NCBI GenBank assembly: GCA_030141605.1
Contig: JAQGDQ010000084.1
Location: forward strand, 558,001 to 622,000
Reading direction: 5' to 3'
From: Tubiluchus corallicola
Taxonomy: Eukaryota; Animalia; Priapulida
DNA length: 64,000 nt
Shown here: positions 38,481-51,286 of the stretch, one piece after another
Layout: every line of letters starts with the position of its first letter
Numbering within the stretch: position 1 is the first letter of the stretch
Translations under genes and position numbers: made by a program
The notes under the pieces: model-generated
Databases searched by the model: none
The model's input: only the letters and a program-made list of their open reading frames with translations
Told to the model about the DNA's origin: nothing

Positions 38481-41049
38481 TGATAGCACCACTTCACTTA
38501 TCATTTTTTACTGCAAGCAGCATTTGCTGCAAAAAACGTGATTTAAAATGCATTTTTGTTTTAATATCTTTCTTATCCAAGTTCTTTTTATTTTTCTTAA
38601 CCAAATTATTTTGAAGGACTTACAAAGTAAATTTTCTATATGGCATTTTTAAATAAATTTTAAGAATATTTATTGCATAAATTATTTGCATTCAAATGCA
38701 AAAGATTAGATGAACTAAAATCATATATTTAAATATCAATTTTTGCTATTTTATCTTTCTAGATACTGTTTTCCATCTGTCCTTGTATCAGTAAAGAAAA
38801 AACTTTTATTTTGACATGTTAAAGGTGCATATAATATGTTTACACATGGTAGCACACGCATATTATCCTTTACCCGGTAGTAGCAGCATTGCTTTTGATA
38901 ATTCTGGCACCTTAATTGCTAATCAAACCTTCTAGTTTTCCGTGTGTCTTAACACTTTCAGTTTGCATTTACTCAGCTTAGTAACTGCGTAGCTTTGGTT
39001 TTCTTGGTTCTTTGATTGCCCTTGTGTAAAGCAGCTAGTGTCATGGTGGCCTTGGTATGGATGTTTTACAGTTGGCGATGCTCATAAACTAACATTCTTG
39101 CGTGTTTCACTGTGTAATTGTGTAAGACACAGTCTTGTTGTCAACAATGAGGAGAGTTTAGTGATATTGTCTCAAACATTGTTTGTTGTCAATAATGTGG
39201 ACTCTATAGTGACATCGCTTCAAGCATTGTTTGTTATGAACAATGCAGACGTTTTAGTAACATTGTTTGGTATCAACAGTGCAGACGTCCTAGAGATACT
39301 ATTCCAAACTGTGTTTGAAATTTAACATTACCAAGTAAAATTTATTTTCAATGGTATGTAGATAACTTAGCTAAACATAATTATACAACTCCTAAGTCTC
39401 AGTGTTGCAAAAACTTGCTAGTTTATAAATTCAAAACACCCATTTTCTACGAGGTTTTGGTCAAATTGCTAACGTAAAGGGTTACAGGGTAATTAGCTGT
39501 TTAAATTTAAGCTTTGACGGCTTCTGCATATATTTTACTTGTGCTCAAGCAGAAATCTGCAATTTAGACAATCAATTTTACTAAGACTATTTTTTATCTT
39601 CCCGTTGAATAAGCAAGCAGTTTTTAAACTTAGAGGTCATTTTCGTCCCGAGAAAAGCAGTAGCTGTCTATCATTTGATTCTGTTGCCATTACAGTGAAG
39701 CTAAATAATCGTTGTCAAAATAGAGGAAAAGTCGTATTTGCCTTGAGGGTAAAGAATGTTTTTAAAGTGTTTACAAGGCTGTAGCTGTTTTCTTTGCTTG
39801 AGAAATTACTTTACCAGTTTCTAGCTCATTTTGTGGTTAAACACTTTTGCTGGTGTCTGCTAGAATGATTTATGCCGTTCTCAAGCAACATTGAGGTACC
39901 AAGGAAGTCATCAACCCCCAAGCAGGTATCAATCGTCTCGATGTTTATTAAGTTTTGGAAAAAGTTAGCAAAAAATCAGCAGTAACTGGAATTGGTGTTT
40001 ATAGAAAGCAACTATTTTTCACGAATTTGTAGCTCACAGCTGGAAGATAGTGGTCCACAATTTAGTAAGAAGTACTCTTGTAGCACAGAGCTGTCTACTG
40101 TTTGTGATCTAGAAAAAAATCACCTCTTAGTGCAAACATTTCACGAGAAATTGGTGAATTGAATCGGGGTGCAGAGATTCCCAAGTCTTAATCCACATTT
40201 TGTGACCTCTGAAATTTACTGTGACCTCAACTGAGCCATTTTTTATCTCTTTCACTACCATGTCATCACTTCCCTTATATACCATATGCATTTCTCTGCA
40301 TTTAAAATTGTAAGTAGAAAACTGGATTATTGATTTAATTAATTTGGGGGGGGGGCATTTTTTGTACATGATAGTAGGTACGGTAGAACTTGTTGATTGA
40401 GCCTGGGTTTCAAACTAAACCTCACAAGCTTCCACACCCCTGAAAAACCGGGCATGCACTGCCCCGACATGAGCTGTCTTATTTCTTTTCAAATTCTCTT
40501 GTCAAAACTAAATGCCCGTACAACTGCATTAACATGGTGCTATAGAAACCTTGCAAAATAAGTGACATCCCAACATTGCACCAATACTGATGCAGGTAGT
40601 TCAAATCTCATACTCTAGCATATTTTTCTTACATTTTTCACTGCAGTAATGTTTATCAGTGAATATAATAACACTTATTTTGTTCTAACAGGGCAGTAAA
40701 CCACAATTTGCCCAAAAATTACTGTCATTTGTTTCGTAATGTACGGTTTCGGATACCCTGTCAACCTCGACACGGTTTTCACTTTCAACGTTTTTCTTGA
40801 CAAGATTTTTTTTTACTTGAGATGTTTGATTTTTGTGATGTGCAGAATGGATTGGTATCCAGACATCCAACAACATTGTAGAGAATCGTGTTACATTTGT
40901 GCTAAACTCGCTGCTATTCATCGGAGGAGTAGAATAAATCGTTTGGTACATTGTTGCCTGAAATTTAACAAAACCATAGTTAACAAAACCGAATATTTAC
41001 AAAAGTGTTGCTGGTTATGTTATTCACTTAGTCTAGAAAGTTTGGTGCA

Positions 41050-41305
41050 GATTTAAATTTACCAAAGTTTTTAGTATGGCATGGATTTAAATCTAATTAC
41101 CTAAGTTTTTACTATGACATGGATTTAAATTTACCAAAGTTTTTACTATGACATGGATTTAAATTTACCAAAGTTTTTACTATGACATGGATTTAAATTT
41201 ATCAATGTTTTTACTATGACGTGGATTTAAATTTACCAAAGTTTTTACTATGACATGGATTAAATTTACCAAAGTTTTTACTATGACATGGATTTAAATT
41301 TATCA
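41050..41305. repeat. 34-bp minisatellite, ~7 copies
   Basis: Unit GATTTAAATTTACCAAAGTTTTTACTATGACATG. Confidence 0.92.
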
Positions 41306-41391
41306 GTGTCTAATCACATTTTATTGCTATTTATTCTACGGGCAGTGAATGTAATAGAGACTTGATGAAATAATGATGTGCTTATTTGCAG

Positions 41392-41422
41392 GTAAAAGAG
41401 AAGCTTACATCTACCACCACAG
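41392..41422 (+). CDS. LMO7: 31-nt microexon (VKEKLTSTTT), phase 0 to 1
   Basis: tttgcAG acceptor and CAG|GTAGGT donor; needed to bridge phase 0 (36530) to phase 1 (44061). Confidence 0.8.
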
Positions 41423-41689
41423 GTAGGTACATATGTCTGTGTGCGTGCGTGCAAGGGTGCATGCGTGCGTGTGCATGTGTGTTAAGGCTTAAGAGGACAT
41501 CAAATGCAGATACGGTGTGTGGCATATGTACGTGCATATTATAGTCTAACAGCCCATGAAAGTAGGCAGAATGGGCTGTTATGGTGTAAGGTAGAATGTG
41601 CGGCGATTGACGGGCGCTGAGATGCGTGTGGGACGGGTTGCTGCACCACAGGTCATGAACATTTCTTGTTGATTGTCGCATACTCTGGG

Positions 41690-43880
41690 CCTACGGTCAC
41701 ATCTTCCATCACTGCACATCCTGGATGTATTGCACATCTTCCAGCACCGCACATTCTGGACCTATCAGTCACACCTTCCATTACTGCACATTCTGGACCT
41801 ATCAGTCACACCTTCCATTACTGCACATTCTGGACCTATCAGTCACACCTTCCAGCACCGCACATTCTGGACCTATCAGTCACACCTTCCATTACTGCAC
41901 ATTCTGGACCTATCAGTCACACCTTCCATTACTGCACATTCTGGACCTATCAGTCACACCTTCCATTACTGCACATTCTGGACCTGTCAGTCACATCCTC
42001 CAGCACCGCACATTCTGGACCTATCAGTCACACCTTCCATTACTGCACATTCTGGACCTATCAGTCACACCTTCCATTACTGCACATTCTGGACCTGTCA
42101 GTCACACCTTCCATTATTGCACATTCTGGACCTATCAGTCACACCTTGCATTACTGCACATTCTGGACCTATCAGTCACACCTTCCATTACTGCACATTC
42201 TGGACCTGTCAGTCACACCTTCCAGCACCGCACATTCTGGACCTATCAGTCACACCTTCCATTACTGCACATTCTGGACCTATCAGTCGCACCTTCCATT
42301 ACTGCACATTCTGGACCTGTCAGTCACACCTTCCATTACTGCACATTCTGGACGTATTGCACATCTTCCAGCACCGCACATTCTGGACCTGTCAGTCACA
42401 CCTTCCATTACTGCACATTCTGGACCTATCAGTCACACCTTCCATTACTGCACATTCTGGACCTGTCAGTCACACCTTCCATTATTGCACATTCTGGACC
42501 TATCAGTCACACCTTCCATTACTGCACATTCTGGACCTATCAGTCACACCTTCCATTACTGCACATTCTGGACCTGTCAGTCACACCTTCCATTATTGCA
42601 CATTCTGGACCTATCAGTCACACCTTCCATTACTGCACATTCTGGACCTATCAGTCACACCTTCCATTACTGCACATTCTGGACCTGTCAGTCACATCTT
42701 CCAGCACCGCACATTCTGGACATGTCGCACATCTTCCATCACCACACATTCTCGACCTATCAGTCACATCTTCCATCACCACACATTCTCGACCTGTCAG
42801 TCACATCTTCCATCACCACACATTCTGGACCTATCAGTCACACCTTCCATTACTGCACATTCTGGACCTATCAGTTGCATCTTCCAGCACCGCACATTCT
42901 GGACGTGTCAGTCACACCTTCCATCACTGCACATTCTGGACCTATCAGTCACACCTTCCATTACTGCACATTCTGGACCTGTCAGTCACACCTTCCATTA
43001 TTGCACATTCTGGACCTATCAGTCACACCTTCCATTACTGCACATTCTGGACCTATCAGTCACACCTTCCATTACTGCACATTCTGGACCTGTCAGTCAC
43101 ATCTTCCAGCACCGCACATTCTGGACCTATCAGTCACACCTTCCATTACTGCACATTCTGGACATATTGGTCACACCTTCCAGCACCCCACATTCTGGAC
43201 CTATCAGTCACACCTTCCAACACCGTACATTCTGGACATGTCGCACATCTTCCATCACCACACATTCTCGACCTATCAGTCACATCTTCCATCACCACAA
43301 ATTCTCGACCTGTCAGTCACATCTTCCATCACCACACATTCTGGACCTATCAGTCACACCTTCCATTACTGCACATTCTGGACCTGTCAGTCACACCTTC
43401 CATCACTGCACATTCTGGACCTATCAGTCACACCTTCCAACACCGTACATTCTGGACATGTCGCACATCTTCCATCACCACACATTCTCGACCTATCAGT
43501 CACATCTTCCATCACCCCACATTCTGGACCTATCAGTCACACCTTCCATCACCGTACATTCTGGACATGTCGCACATCTTCCATCACCACACATTCTCGA
43601 CCTGTCAGTCACATCTTCCATCACCACACATTCTCGACCTATCAGTCACATCTTCCATCACCACACATTCTCGACCTGTCAGTCACATCTTCCATCACCG
43701 TACATTCTGGACATGTCACACACCTTCCATCACGGCACATTCTGGACATATCGCACACCTGTCACTGCACCCTCTGGACATATCGCACACTTTCTGTCAC
43801 CGCACATTTTGGACATATTGCACACCTTCCATCTCCGCACATTTTGGACATATTGCACACCTTGCATCACCGCACATTCT
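41690..43880. repeat. 37-bp minisatellite, ~59 copies, with a variant gradient
   Basis: Unit CTGGACCTATCAGTCACACCTTCCATTACTGCACATT; no + strand stops, hence three ~750-aa pseudo-ORFs. Confidence 0.97.
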
Positions 43881-44060
43881 ATATACGTATGCATACATCC
43901 TAACTTTCATACGTCTTAATGTGCTGAAACTATCTTGCTTGTTGAGTCTTGCAAGAAGAGATTTAATCGTTTTTGATAATTATAGATTTCATCATAGTAA
44001 AATCAGTTAGTAATGATACTTTTAACACGTAATAAAGTAATTGAATTAAATTATTTGCAG

Positions 44061-44217
44061 GTGCTCACTTACTAAAGAGAGAAGACTGGGAAGAGTCGCC
44101 ACCACCGTTACCACCTACTGAAGCTCCACCTCTCCCTCCCACTGGACCTCCCTCCTCCACGGACGATGACAGTCCACGCAAAGTAGAATACTATGACTGG
44201 ACTGTTTCAAGTGGAGT
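44061..44217 (+). CDS. LMO7: Proline-rich exon (AHLLKREDWEESPPPLPPTEAPPLPP...), phase 1 to 2
   Basis: tttgcAG acceptor and GTGAGT donor. Confidence 0.85.
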
Positions 44218-44484
44218 GTGAGTAATATTGAACTTGAATATTTTTCGTAGACAGTGGCAGGGAGATAGCTAAGTTGTGATGGTACGTGCTTCATAACAAA
44301 ACTAAGCAACACAGAGACTGGTCACTGAACTGATGAGTAATATCTAGGTCCACCCTTGCTTTGGTGGTTTTGCAAAGGCAAAATCGGACCACACCTTAAA
44401 CTGTAGGTCAAAACAGTCTACTCTTTAAAATACTGAAAGGAAACATATTATTTTTTCAAAAATGACTTACGTGAAAGAATTATA

Positions 44485-44930
44485 CCACCTTTGGTACATA
44501 TAATCTAAATTAGCGCCTAGTGTGCATTTATTTCAGTAAAACGACATCATCTTCGGTACATATAATCTAAATTAGAGCCTAGTGTGTATTTATTTCAGTA
44601 AAACGACATCATCTTTGGTACATATAATCTATATTAGAGCCTAGTGATTATTTATTTCAGTAAAAGGACGCCATCTTTGGTACATATAATCAAAATTAGA
44701 GCCTAGTATGTATTTATTTCAGTAAAACGACATCATCTTTGGTACATATAATCTAAATTAGAGCCTAGTGATTATTTATTTCAGTAAAAGGACGCCATCT
44801 TTGGTACTTATAATCAAAATTAGAGCCTAGTGTGTATTTATTTCACTAAAATGACATCATCTTTGGTACATATAATCTAAATTAGAGCCTAGTGATTGTT
44901 TATTTCAGTAAAAGGACGCCATCTTTGGTA
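44485..44930 (+). repeat. 62-bp tandem array (7 copies) of an intron-exon junction
   Basis: TTTCAG ends at 44536, 44598, 44660, 44722, 44784 and 44908; the sixth copy reads TTTCAC at 44846. Confidence 0.95.
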
Positions 44931-45047
44931 TCCGACCAAGAAAAAGAAGAGCGTCAAACGAAGCGTGATGAGGAACTTCGACAAAGGAGAGAAAAGCAGA
45001 GGCAGAGCATGCTACAGTGGCAGATAAACAAAGCAAATTCTGACGAC
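44909..45047 (+). CDS. LMO7: Coiled-coil exon (KRTPSLVSDQEKEERQTKRDEELRQRR...ANSDD), phase 2 to 0
   Basis: Acceptor is the last repeat copy; GAC|GTATGT donor; bridges phases between 44217 and 46158. Confidence 0.85.
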
Positions 45048-45470
45048 GTATGTTGTACTGTATAAGAACATAGTTTGTACTATAGACAGTCAAATCAAAT
45101 AATTGTTTGCTGGCTCAGAAAATGCTGGTTGTGAAATGTGAACTGACACAACTGATGATAATTATTAGTTTCCTACTTGGAAGTTTCACCTTTTACTGAT
45201 CCATGGAAATTGAATTAGTCTTTAGTTTCGTTTTGCACAATTCAAACACTGCATCACATCGAATGCTGCATGTACTTTTTTACTGTATTTCTCTAGCGAA
45301 CCGTTATTACTGTCTACATATTTAGATATTTTTACAACATTCTGATTGTAGATTTAGTAATGAACTTAACAGACAAGAACTGTAATATTGTTAAGGATAT
45401 GTAAGGAAAGGGCAATTGACGTTGACGCATCAGTGCATTGGCTTCAAGTTCCGGCTATAAATAAGAATTC

Positions 45471-46101
45471 TGTGTTTGCAAACCAAAACCGTCCATAAGT
45501 CAGTATAGTTAAAACTACGTTATGATGCTTCAAAGTAGACTGCACCAAAAATTTGGTCAATTCGTATTTTGTTTAAACCAATGCTGAATATATTGGACTT
45601 TTATATTCTACCATAAAATTATCAAGAAAGTGTTCAAAAACACTAAAAATTTAATTTTATAACTCCTTACCCACTTTTCAGTCTAGAAAAACTAATAAAC
45701 TTTAATTTTCAAACTCCTGTAGTAGCTCATGGAGCTGTCATTTGCTTCGGGTTTTTTTGAATGAGAAGAAGCCCAAATCTTCGTCAGGAAGAGTCATCTA
45801 CTGTATTTAAATATAACTTCAACGTGCTTTTGCAAAGTCAATAGCAACCACACTTTAATACGGTTGGTAACTATTTTGTAGAGATGAAACAAAAAACAAT
45901 GGCTGACGACTGTTTTCTCAAGATTATGTTTTTCACTGCATGGCCTGCGCCTCAGCTTCAATATGGTTTATCTCAGCTTAGAAATAACGTAAAACAATGA
46001 ACTTGGTATCAAAATGATCCTCATGAAATGAAGATTTAGGATATGTGAATAACAAGAAAAGCTTAATTGCCGACTTATGCACGTTTTTGCTATGCAAGCA
46101 A
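45471..46101 (-). mobile_element. MITE family D, inverted copy
   Basis: Reverse complement of 35333-35971. Confidence 0.85.
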
Positions 46102-46157
46102 GTTCTCACAATTAATATGGACTGCTTTACAAATTTGACTATTGGTGATTTGTTTAG

Positions 46158-46268
46158 ACTGCACCCCTTAGCCCTCGTAGCGATGGCTCCAATGTAGATC
46201 AAGGAGTTCTCGGACTCAACAAAGGCGATAAAGTGAAGCGCAGCTTCGACCATCTCAAACTGGACGAG
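46158..46268 (+). CDS. LMO7: Internal exon (TAPLSPRSDGSNV...HLKLDE), phase 0 to 0
   Basis: ttgtttAG acceptor and GAG|GTCAGT donor. Confidence 0.85.
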
Positions 46269-46338
46269 GTCAGTTTTCAACATTTTGTGTTCATAGTTTT
46301 GTCACACGTTCATTTTTTTGTTTAGTCTTTACTGATTA

Positions 46339-47042
46339 CAGTAAGTCCTCACTTAGCGATGCAAGTGCATTCCAGCAAAATACGACGTTAAGCGAAACGT
46401 CATTAAATGAAGCCAAAACTTTCATAGAAAGTAACGTAAAAGAATTGAGATACGTTCCAGAGGCAAAAATCAGTGCTGCTTGGATCATATAAATTAAACG
46501 TTGTATGACTTTTACTGATGCTTCTGTTGATTAATGTCTTTCAGTTTGCTTGAAACCACCTACATATCTTACTCGCCTGGCTAGCAGTTTCTCTTTAGTT
46601 GACCATTAACTGTTTAAATCTAGGCAGCGGTTAAACAATAAACACTGCAGCATAATCAAAGCCAAGTCATGAGGTGACCTTGGGAATTTTATCTAGAAAT
46701 TAATATTCACTTTTCTGGTTGCTATAGTAACGGACAGGCAAAATTCCTTGGCATAAACTTTGCTCCCAGACTTCGCTTGATACAAACGGCTAGCATTTAG
46801 TGGTCAGTTTGGAAATGTTTATGTTACTAGTGCATTTTTGGAACAGAAATGAGGCAACATGTGCTGTTTTATGCATCAAATTAGGTAAAACAAGTTGATA
46901 AAATAAAAATTGGCTATGAGTAAAGCAAAAAAATCGTCGTTAAAACGAAGCGTTGCATCCTTCAGCAAAAAAAGATGTGAAATGTTCAATACGTTAAAAA
47001 GAAATGTCGCTAAACGGGGAGTCGTTGAGCGAGGACTTACTG
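46339..47042. mobile_element. Tc1/pogo (Tigger-like) MITE family F
   Basis: TA|CAGTAAGTCCTC ... GAGGACTTACTG|TA. Confidence 0.88.
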
Positions 47043-47210
47043 TACGTATTAGTGTTTACCACACGATCACATTTTGTTATTTTTTTAGCTCACTAATGCA
47101 TTTTTTCGTTTGTTTATCTCACTTAGTACTGATATAATACACAATGATTTGTTTATGCAAAAGTAAAAGTAATAATGAAGTGTGTGTAATTGTGTACATT
47201 CATTTTTTAG

Positions 47211-47234
47211 CCTGACTTGGATTCACATGTCAAG
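47211..47234 (+). CDS. LMO7: Candidate 24-nt microexon (PDLDSHVK), phase 0 to 0
   Basis: cattttttAG acceptor and AAG|GTAATT donor; several downstream TGCATG motifs. Confidence 0.55.
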
Positions 47235-47908
47235 GTAATTTCAAATGCACATACCTTATTTAGTTTTCTGCTTGAATTTCTGGTCTTATTAGTGCTTCCA
47301 TTTTTGTTCTGGTGCTCATTAGCGGTTCTAGTGGCTGTTTTTATCTGGATTATGCTGCATGGTGTTTGTTTGCAGACAGGTAAATAGTTGAGGCAGTTGC
47401 TGGATGACATACTAAGTAGAGGAACTTTTTGCATGCTTGTTTTTGGGATGTGTTAAATGATAGCAATGTATATCAGCATGTAACAGTTCAAAATTTGCTA
47501 AAGAATAGAGTTATAATAGATATTGCTTAGTTGAATGACGTACTATGTAGAGGAAATTCTTTCATGTTTGTTTATGGGATGTGTTAAATGATAGCAATGT
47601 ATTTCAGCATGCAGCAGTTCAGAATTGCTAAAAAATACAGTTATAATAGATATTGAATAGCTGTACTTTATACCCGTGCATTTTGCTATTTCTGTTAGCG
47701 ATATTAATGCTGTCCCATTCATGTTTATGCATGTGCATGAAAATTCTGGGTCTGAATTCATAGATAATATCTGTACATCTGTTGCACGTTGAAGGCTGGC
47801 ATTACAACACTGTTTTTATGTCTGATTACCATTTTTTGAATTTGAAGTAAGATAATACCGTTTGAAAATGAGATAGTACTCTTCTGAGTCTTGCCATGGT
47901 CATAGTCG

Positions 47909-49421
47909 TAAAGAAGACAAAGTGTCGTTTAAATCTCAGAAACTTTCATTTTTCCAGAAGCTTCCATCCTTCACGGACTTTGTAAACTGTAAGGTAGAGA
48001 TACAATAAATAAAATCATAAAAGTTACAGATAAAAACTAAATGTAAAGTGTAAGTATACAATGACATTAAAATAAGGGATACAAAATGCATTAAGCTCTA
48101 TTAAAAACTGAATTAGAAAAAGAATATAATTCATTAAAGAAGCTGTATTAAAAACTGAATTAGAAAAAGAATAAAATTCATTAAGAAGTTGTATTAAAAA
48201 CTGAATTAGAAAAAGAATAAAATTCATTAAGAAGTTGTATTAAAAACTGAATTAGAAAAGGAATAAAATTCATTTAGAAGCTGTATTAAAAACTAAATTA
48301 GAAATAGAATAAAATAAATTAACAAGCTGTACTAAAAACTAAATTAGAAAAAGAATAAAATACATTGAGAAGTTGTATTATAACCTAAAGTAGAAAAGTA
48401 ATGAAATTCATTGAGAAGCTGTATTAAAAACTGAATTAGAAAAAGAATATAATTCATTAAAGAAGCTGTATTAAAAACTGAATTAGAAAAATAATAAAAT
48501 TCATTAAGAAGCTGTATTAAAAACTAAATTAGAAAAGAATAAAATTCGTTTAGAAGCTCTACTAAAAACTAAATTAGAAAAAGAATAAAATACATTGAGA
48601 AGTTGTATTATAACCTAAAGTAGAAAAGTAATGAAATTCATTGAGAAGCTGTATTAAAAACTAAATTAGAAATAGAATAAAATACATTAAGAAGCTGTGT
48701 TAAAAACTAAATTAGAAAAATAATAAAATTCATTAAGAAGCTGTATTAAAAACTAAATTAGGAATAGAATAAAATTTGTTTAGAAGCTGTACTAAAAACT
48801 AAATTAGAAAAAGAATAAAATTCATTTAGAAGTTGTATTAAAAACTAAATTAGAAAAAGAATAAAATTCATTTAGAAGCTGTATTAAAAACTAAATTAGA
48901 AAAGTAATGAAATTCATTAAGAAGCTGTACCAAACACTAAATTAGAAAAGTAATAAAATTCATTAAGAAGCTGTGTTAAAAACTAAATTAGAAAAGTAAT
49001 AAAATTCATTTAGAAGCTGTATTAAAAACTAAATTAGAAAAAGAATAAAATTCATTTAGAAGCTGTATTAGAAACTAAATTAGAAAATGAATAAATTTCA
49101 TTAAGAAGCTGCACTAAAAACTAAATTAGAAAAAGAATAAAATTCATTTAGAAGCTGAATAAAATTCATAAAGAAGCTATATTAAAAACTAAATTAGAAA
49201 AGGAATAAAATTCATTAAGAAGCTGTACTAAAAACTAAATTAGAAAAAACCATTACAATTACTAATTAAGATGATACTAGTGACAAACATACCTGAAGCT
49301 ACTTGTACGGCCTAAATTTTTATTATTGTATCTCTACCTTACAGTTTACAAAGTCTGTGAAGGACGAAAGCTTCTGGAAAAATAAAGTTTTTTAGACTTA
49401 AAGGGTACTTTGTCTTCTTTA
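47909..49421. mobile_element. Fold-back-type element: ~105-bp inverted arms enclosing a 46-bp satellite (~25 copies)
   Basis: 47909-48016 is the near reverse complement of about 49315-49421; array unit TTAAGAAGCTGTATTAAAAACTAAATTAGAAAAAGAATAAAATTCA at about 48095-49250. Confidence 0.85.
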
Positions 49422-49813
49422 TAAAAAATCTCAGTAGTAGTCTGTGTGAGCTTCATTGGGAAAACTGAAATGTTGCTGTTTTAGTCAAGCTGTTAGCTTG
49501 AGAAACTGGTTTGTTAATAGCACATTAATTGGTATTAACAAATTAAGTTGTGGTTTTGACGGGTGAATGTATTTATCAACAATGAGTTTACACTGTTTGT
49601 TGTAGTGTGTTCATCACAGTCGTGTCTCTGTTCTACTTTTCATTGCCCTCGGCACAGCCACTCAACTGTTACAATTCTCTGTTTGGCCCCCCTGCATACA
49701 AATTAACTACATTTGCACATAGAGGTTCATTTCTCTGCTATTTGCTTTCGGTATATAGTGTATCATTTGTGCAAAGCGTTTTGCAAAGTTTTTCCGACTT
49801 CTCGTGCAACCAG

Positions 49814-49837
49814 GTACCAGACTTGCTGAGTGTGCAG
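49814..49837 (+). CDS. LMO7: Candidate 24-nt microexon (VPDLLSVQ), phase 0 to 0
   Basis: aaccAG acceptor and CAG|GTATTT donor; frame-preserving. Confidence 0.4.
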
Positions 49838-49996
49838 GTATTTTTGAAAGCTGTTACTACAGGGGTATTAACTGCAGATGAAACAGCGTATTGATGACTA
49901 GGTCTAGAAAACGTACACTGATTTTGCTATTATTTAAGGTGTTCAGTAATCAGGAAACGGTTCTTTCACTGTACATCTTAGCATGTTACACCTTTT

Positions 49997-50386
49997 AATA
50001 AGCCTTTTACAGTTTCATTGTGCGTACGGGCACTTGCTGTAGATCAAAGGCTAAGTGTAGCACAGCTACGCATTTCAACTACAACCGTCACGTGACGTGT
50101 GGGTAAAGCAAAACCGTCTGCTGCTTTAGTTCAGTAATGTTAGTTGTTTTACGTGGATTTTACTTAATTATGCATTAGTCTGCACGTAGAGTGATTTGCT
50201 AGCAGTATCTTGTTTGGGAATAAGAAAAAATGAACTAGGTAAGATTCTAGCTAGTTGTTAAAACTGTTACTATTACAACAGCCTGAGCTGTGAAGCGTTG
50301 TCAAGTGTACACAATTGTTTTATACACTTAACCTTTGACATTTTCACGATCATCATCAATCGCTGGAACTTTGAAAAGGCTTGTTT
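49997..50386 (-). mobile_element. MITE family E, full-length
   Basis: TIR AATAAGCCTTTT.CAGTT ... AACTTTGAAAAGGCTTGTT. Confidence 0.85.
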
Positions 50387-50413
50387 AGTGACGTTTCTTA
50401 ATTGGTGTTTCAG

Positions 50414-50581
50414 ACGGTTTCTTTGCCCAGCATCAGCTTGTTTGACTTGGAGCAGGAGAAGCTGAGAAAGAAGACAGTCGAGCGGGAAGAGCGGGAGCAA
50501 AAAGAGATACAGCTGCTGCAGGAAGAGTACAAGAAGCAGCAGACTAAGATGCGCGAGGAAGAGATGAAGCAGAGAGAGAAG
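50414..50581 (+). CDS. LMO7: Coiled-coil exon (TVSLPSISLFDLEQEKLRK...KQREK), phase 0 to 0
   Basis: tttcAG acceptor and AAG|GTATGG donor. Confidence 0.9.
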
Positions 50582-50761
50582 GTATGGATGCTTCTGGGAT
50601 CTATCATTTATAACTAGTGATGGAATTGATTGTATTTTCATTATCGATTAATCGGACAAGAAACTGATTCAATAATCTATTATAATCTATATGCGCACAT
50701 GAAAACCACGTGTTCATGATCGTGAGAAACCTTCACGTGTAAGTGTCTGTGCCATCGAGAA

Positions 50762-51001
50762 ATTCAATACTTCAATTTTACTTTTGCATACATGCAACAC
50801 GCTCGTGAAATATTTTTGTTGTTGAAAATTGTGTTCGTTTGTGATGTCATCACTAGTTGGGGTCGCTTGCCGTTAATTAAGTTTTTAATCTATAGTTTAA
50901 TTATCAGAATCGCTTTTGCAGTATTAATCGGGTTAAAATGTATACTTTTATCAGACTTGAAAATGGGGAAGTATGTGAAAAATCATCCTGTCTTCCTTTA
51001 A
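50762..51001 (+). mobile_element. MITE family A, right-end fragment
   Basis: Ends AAAAATCATCCTGTCTTCCTTTAA. Confidence 0.75.
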
Positions 51002-51259
51002 TCTAAAAAAAGCATTAAAAGATGAAAGAAATAAAAGCAGCTACCGACTAACACAATTTTGTATAATTAGCGTAAGATATAGATTTTAGGTATATAGTTT
51101 GTAATTAGGTAGTACGTAGCAATAACAATTAAATTCTTGTCTATAAATGTCTATATTAATTTAGTATTAACTTGATAACATAGTAATTGTGTAGTAACAT
51201 ACCTGTTAAAGTCACCTACTAACAACTAAAAATTTGATAAGTTTACATTTTACTTATAG

Positions 51260-51286
51260 CGCGTTTGCTGGAAATTGACAGACGAG
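51260..51286 (+). CDS. LMO7: 27-nt microexon (RVCWKLTDE), phase 0 to 0
   Basis: TACTAAC at 51217-51223, cttatAG acceptor, GAG|GTTAGT donor, TGCATG at 51344. Confidence 0.65.

Noticed and set aside
41666-44010. Three ~750-aa His/Ser/Thr-rich ORFs
   Set aside because: They are translations of a 37-bp satellite; all three frames give the same cyclic peptide and there is no coding context.
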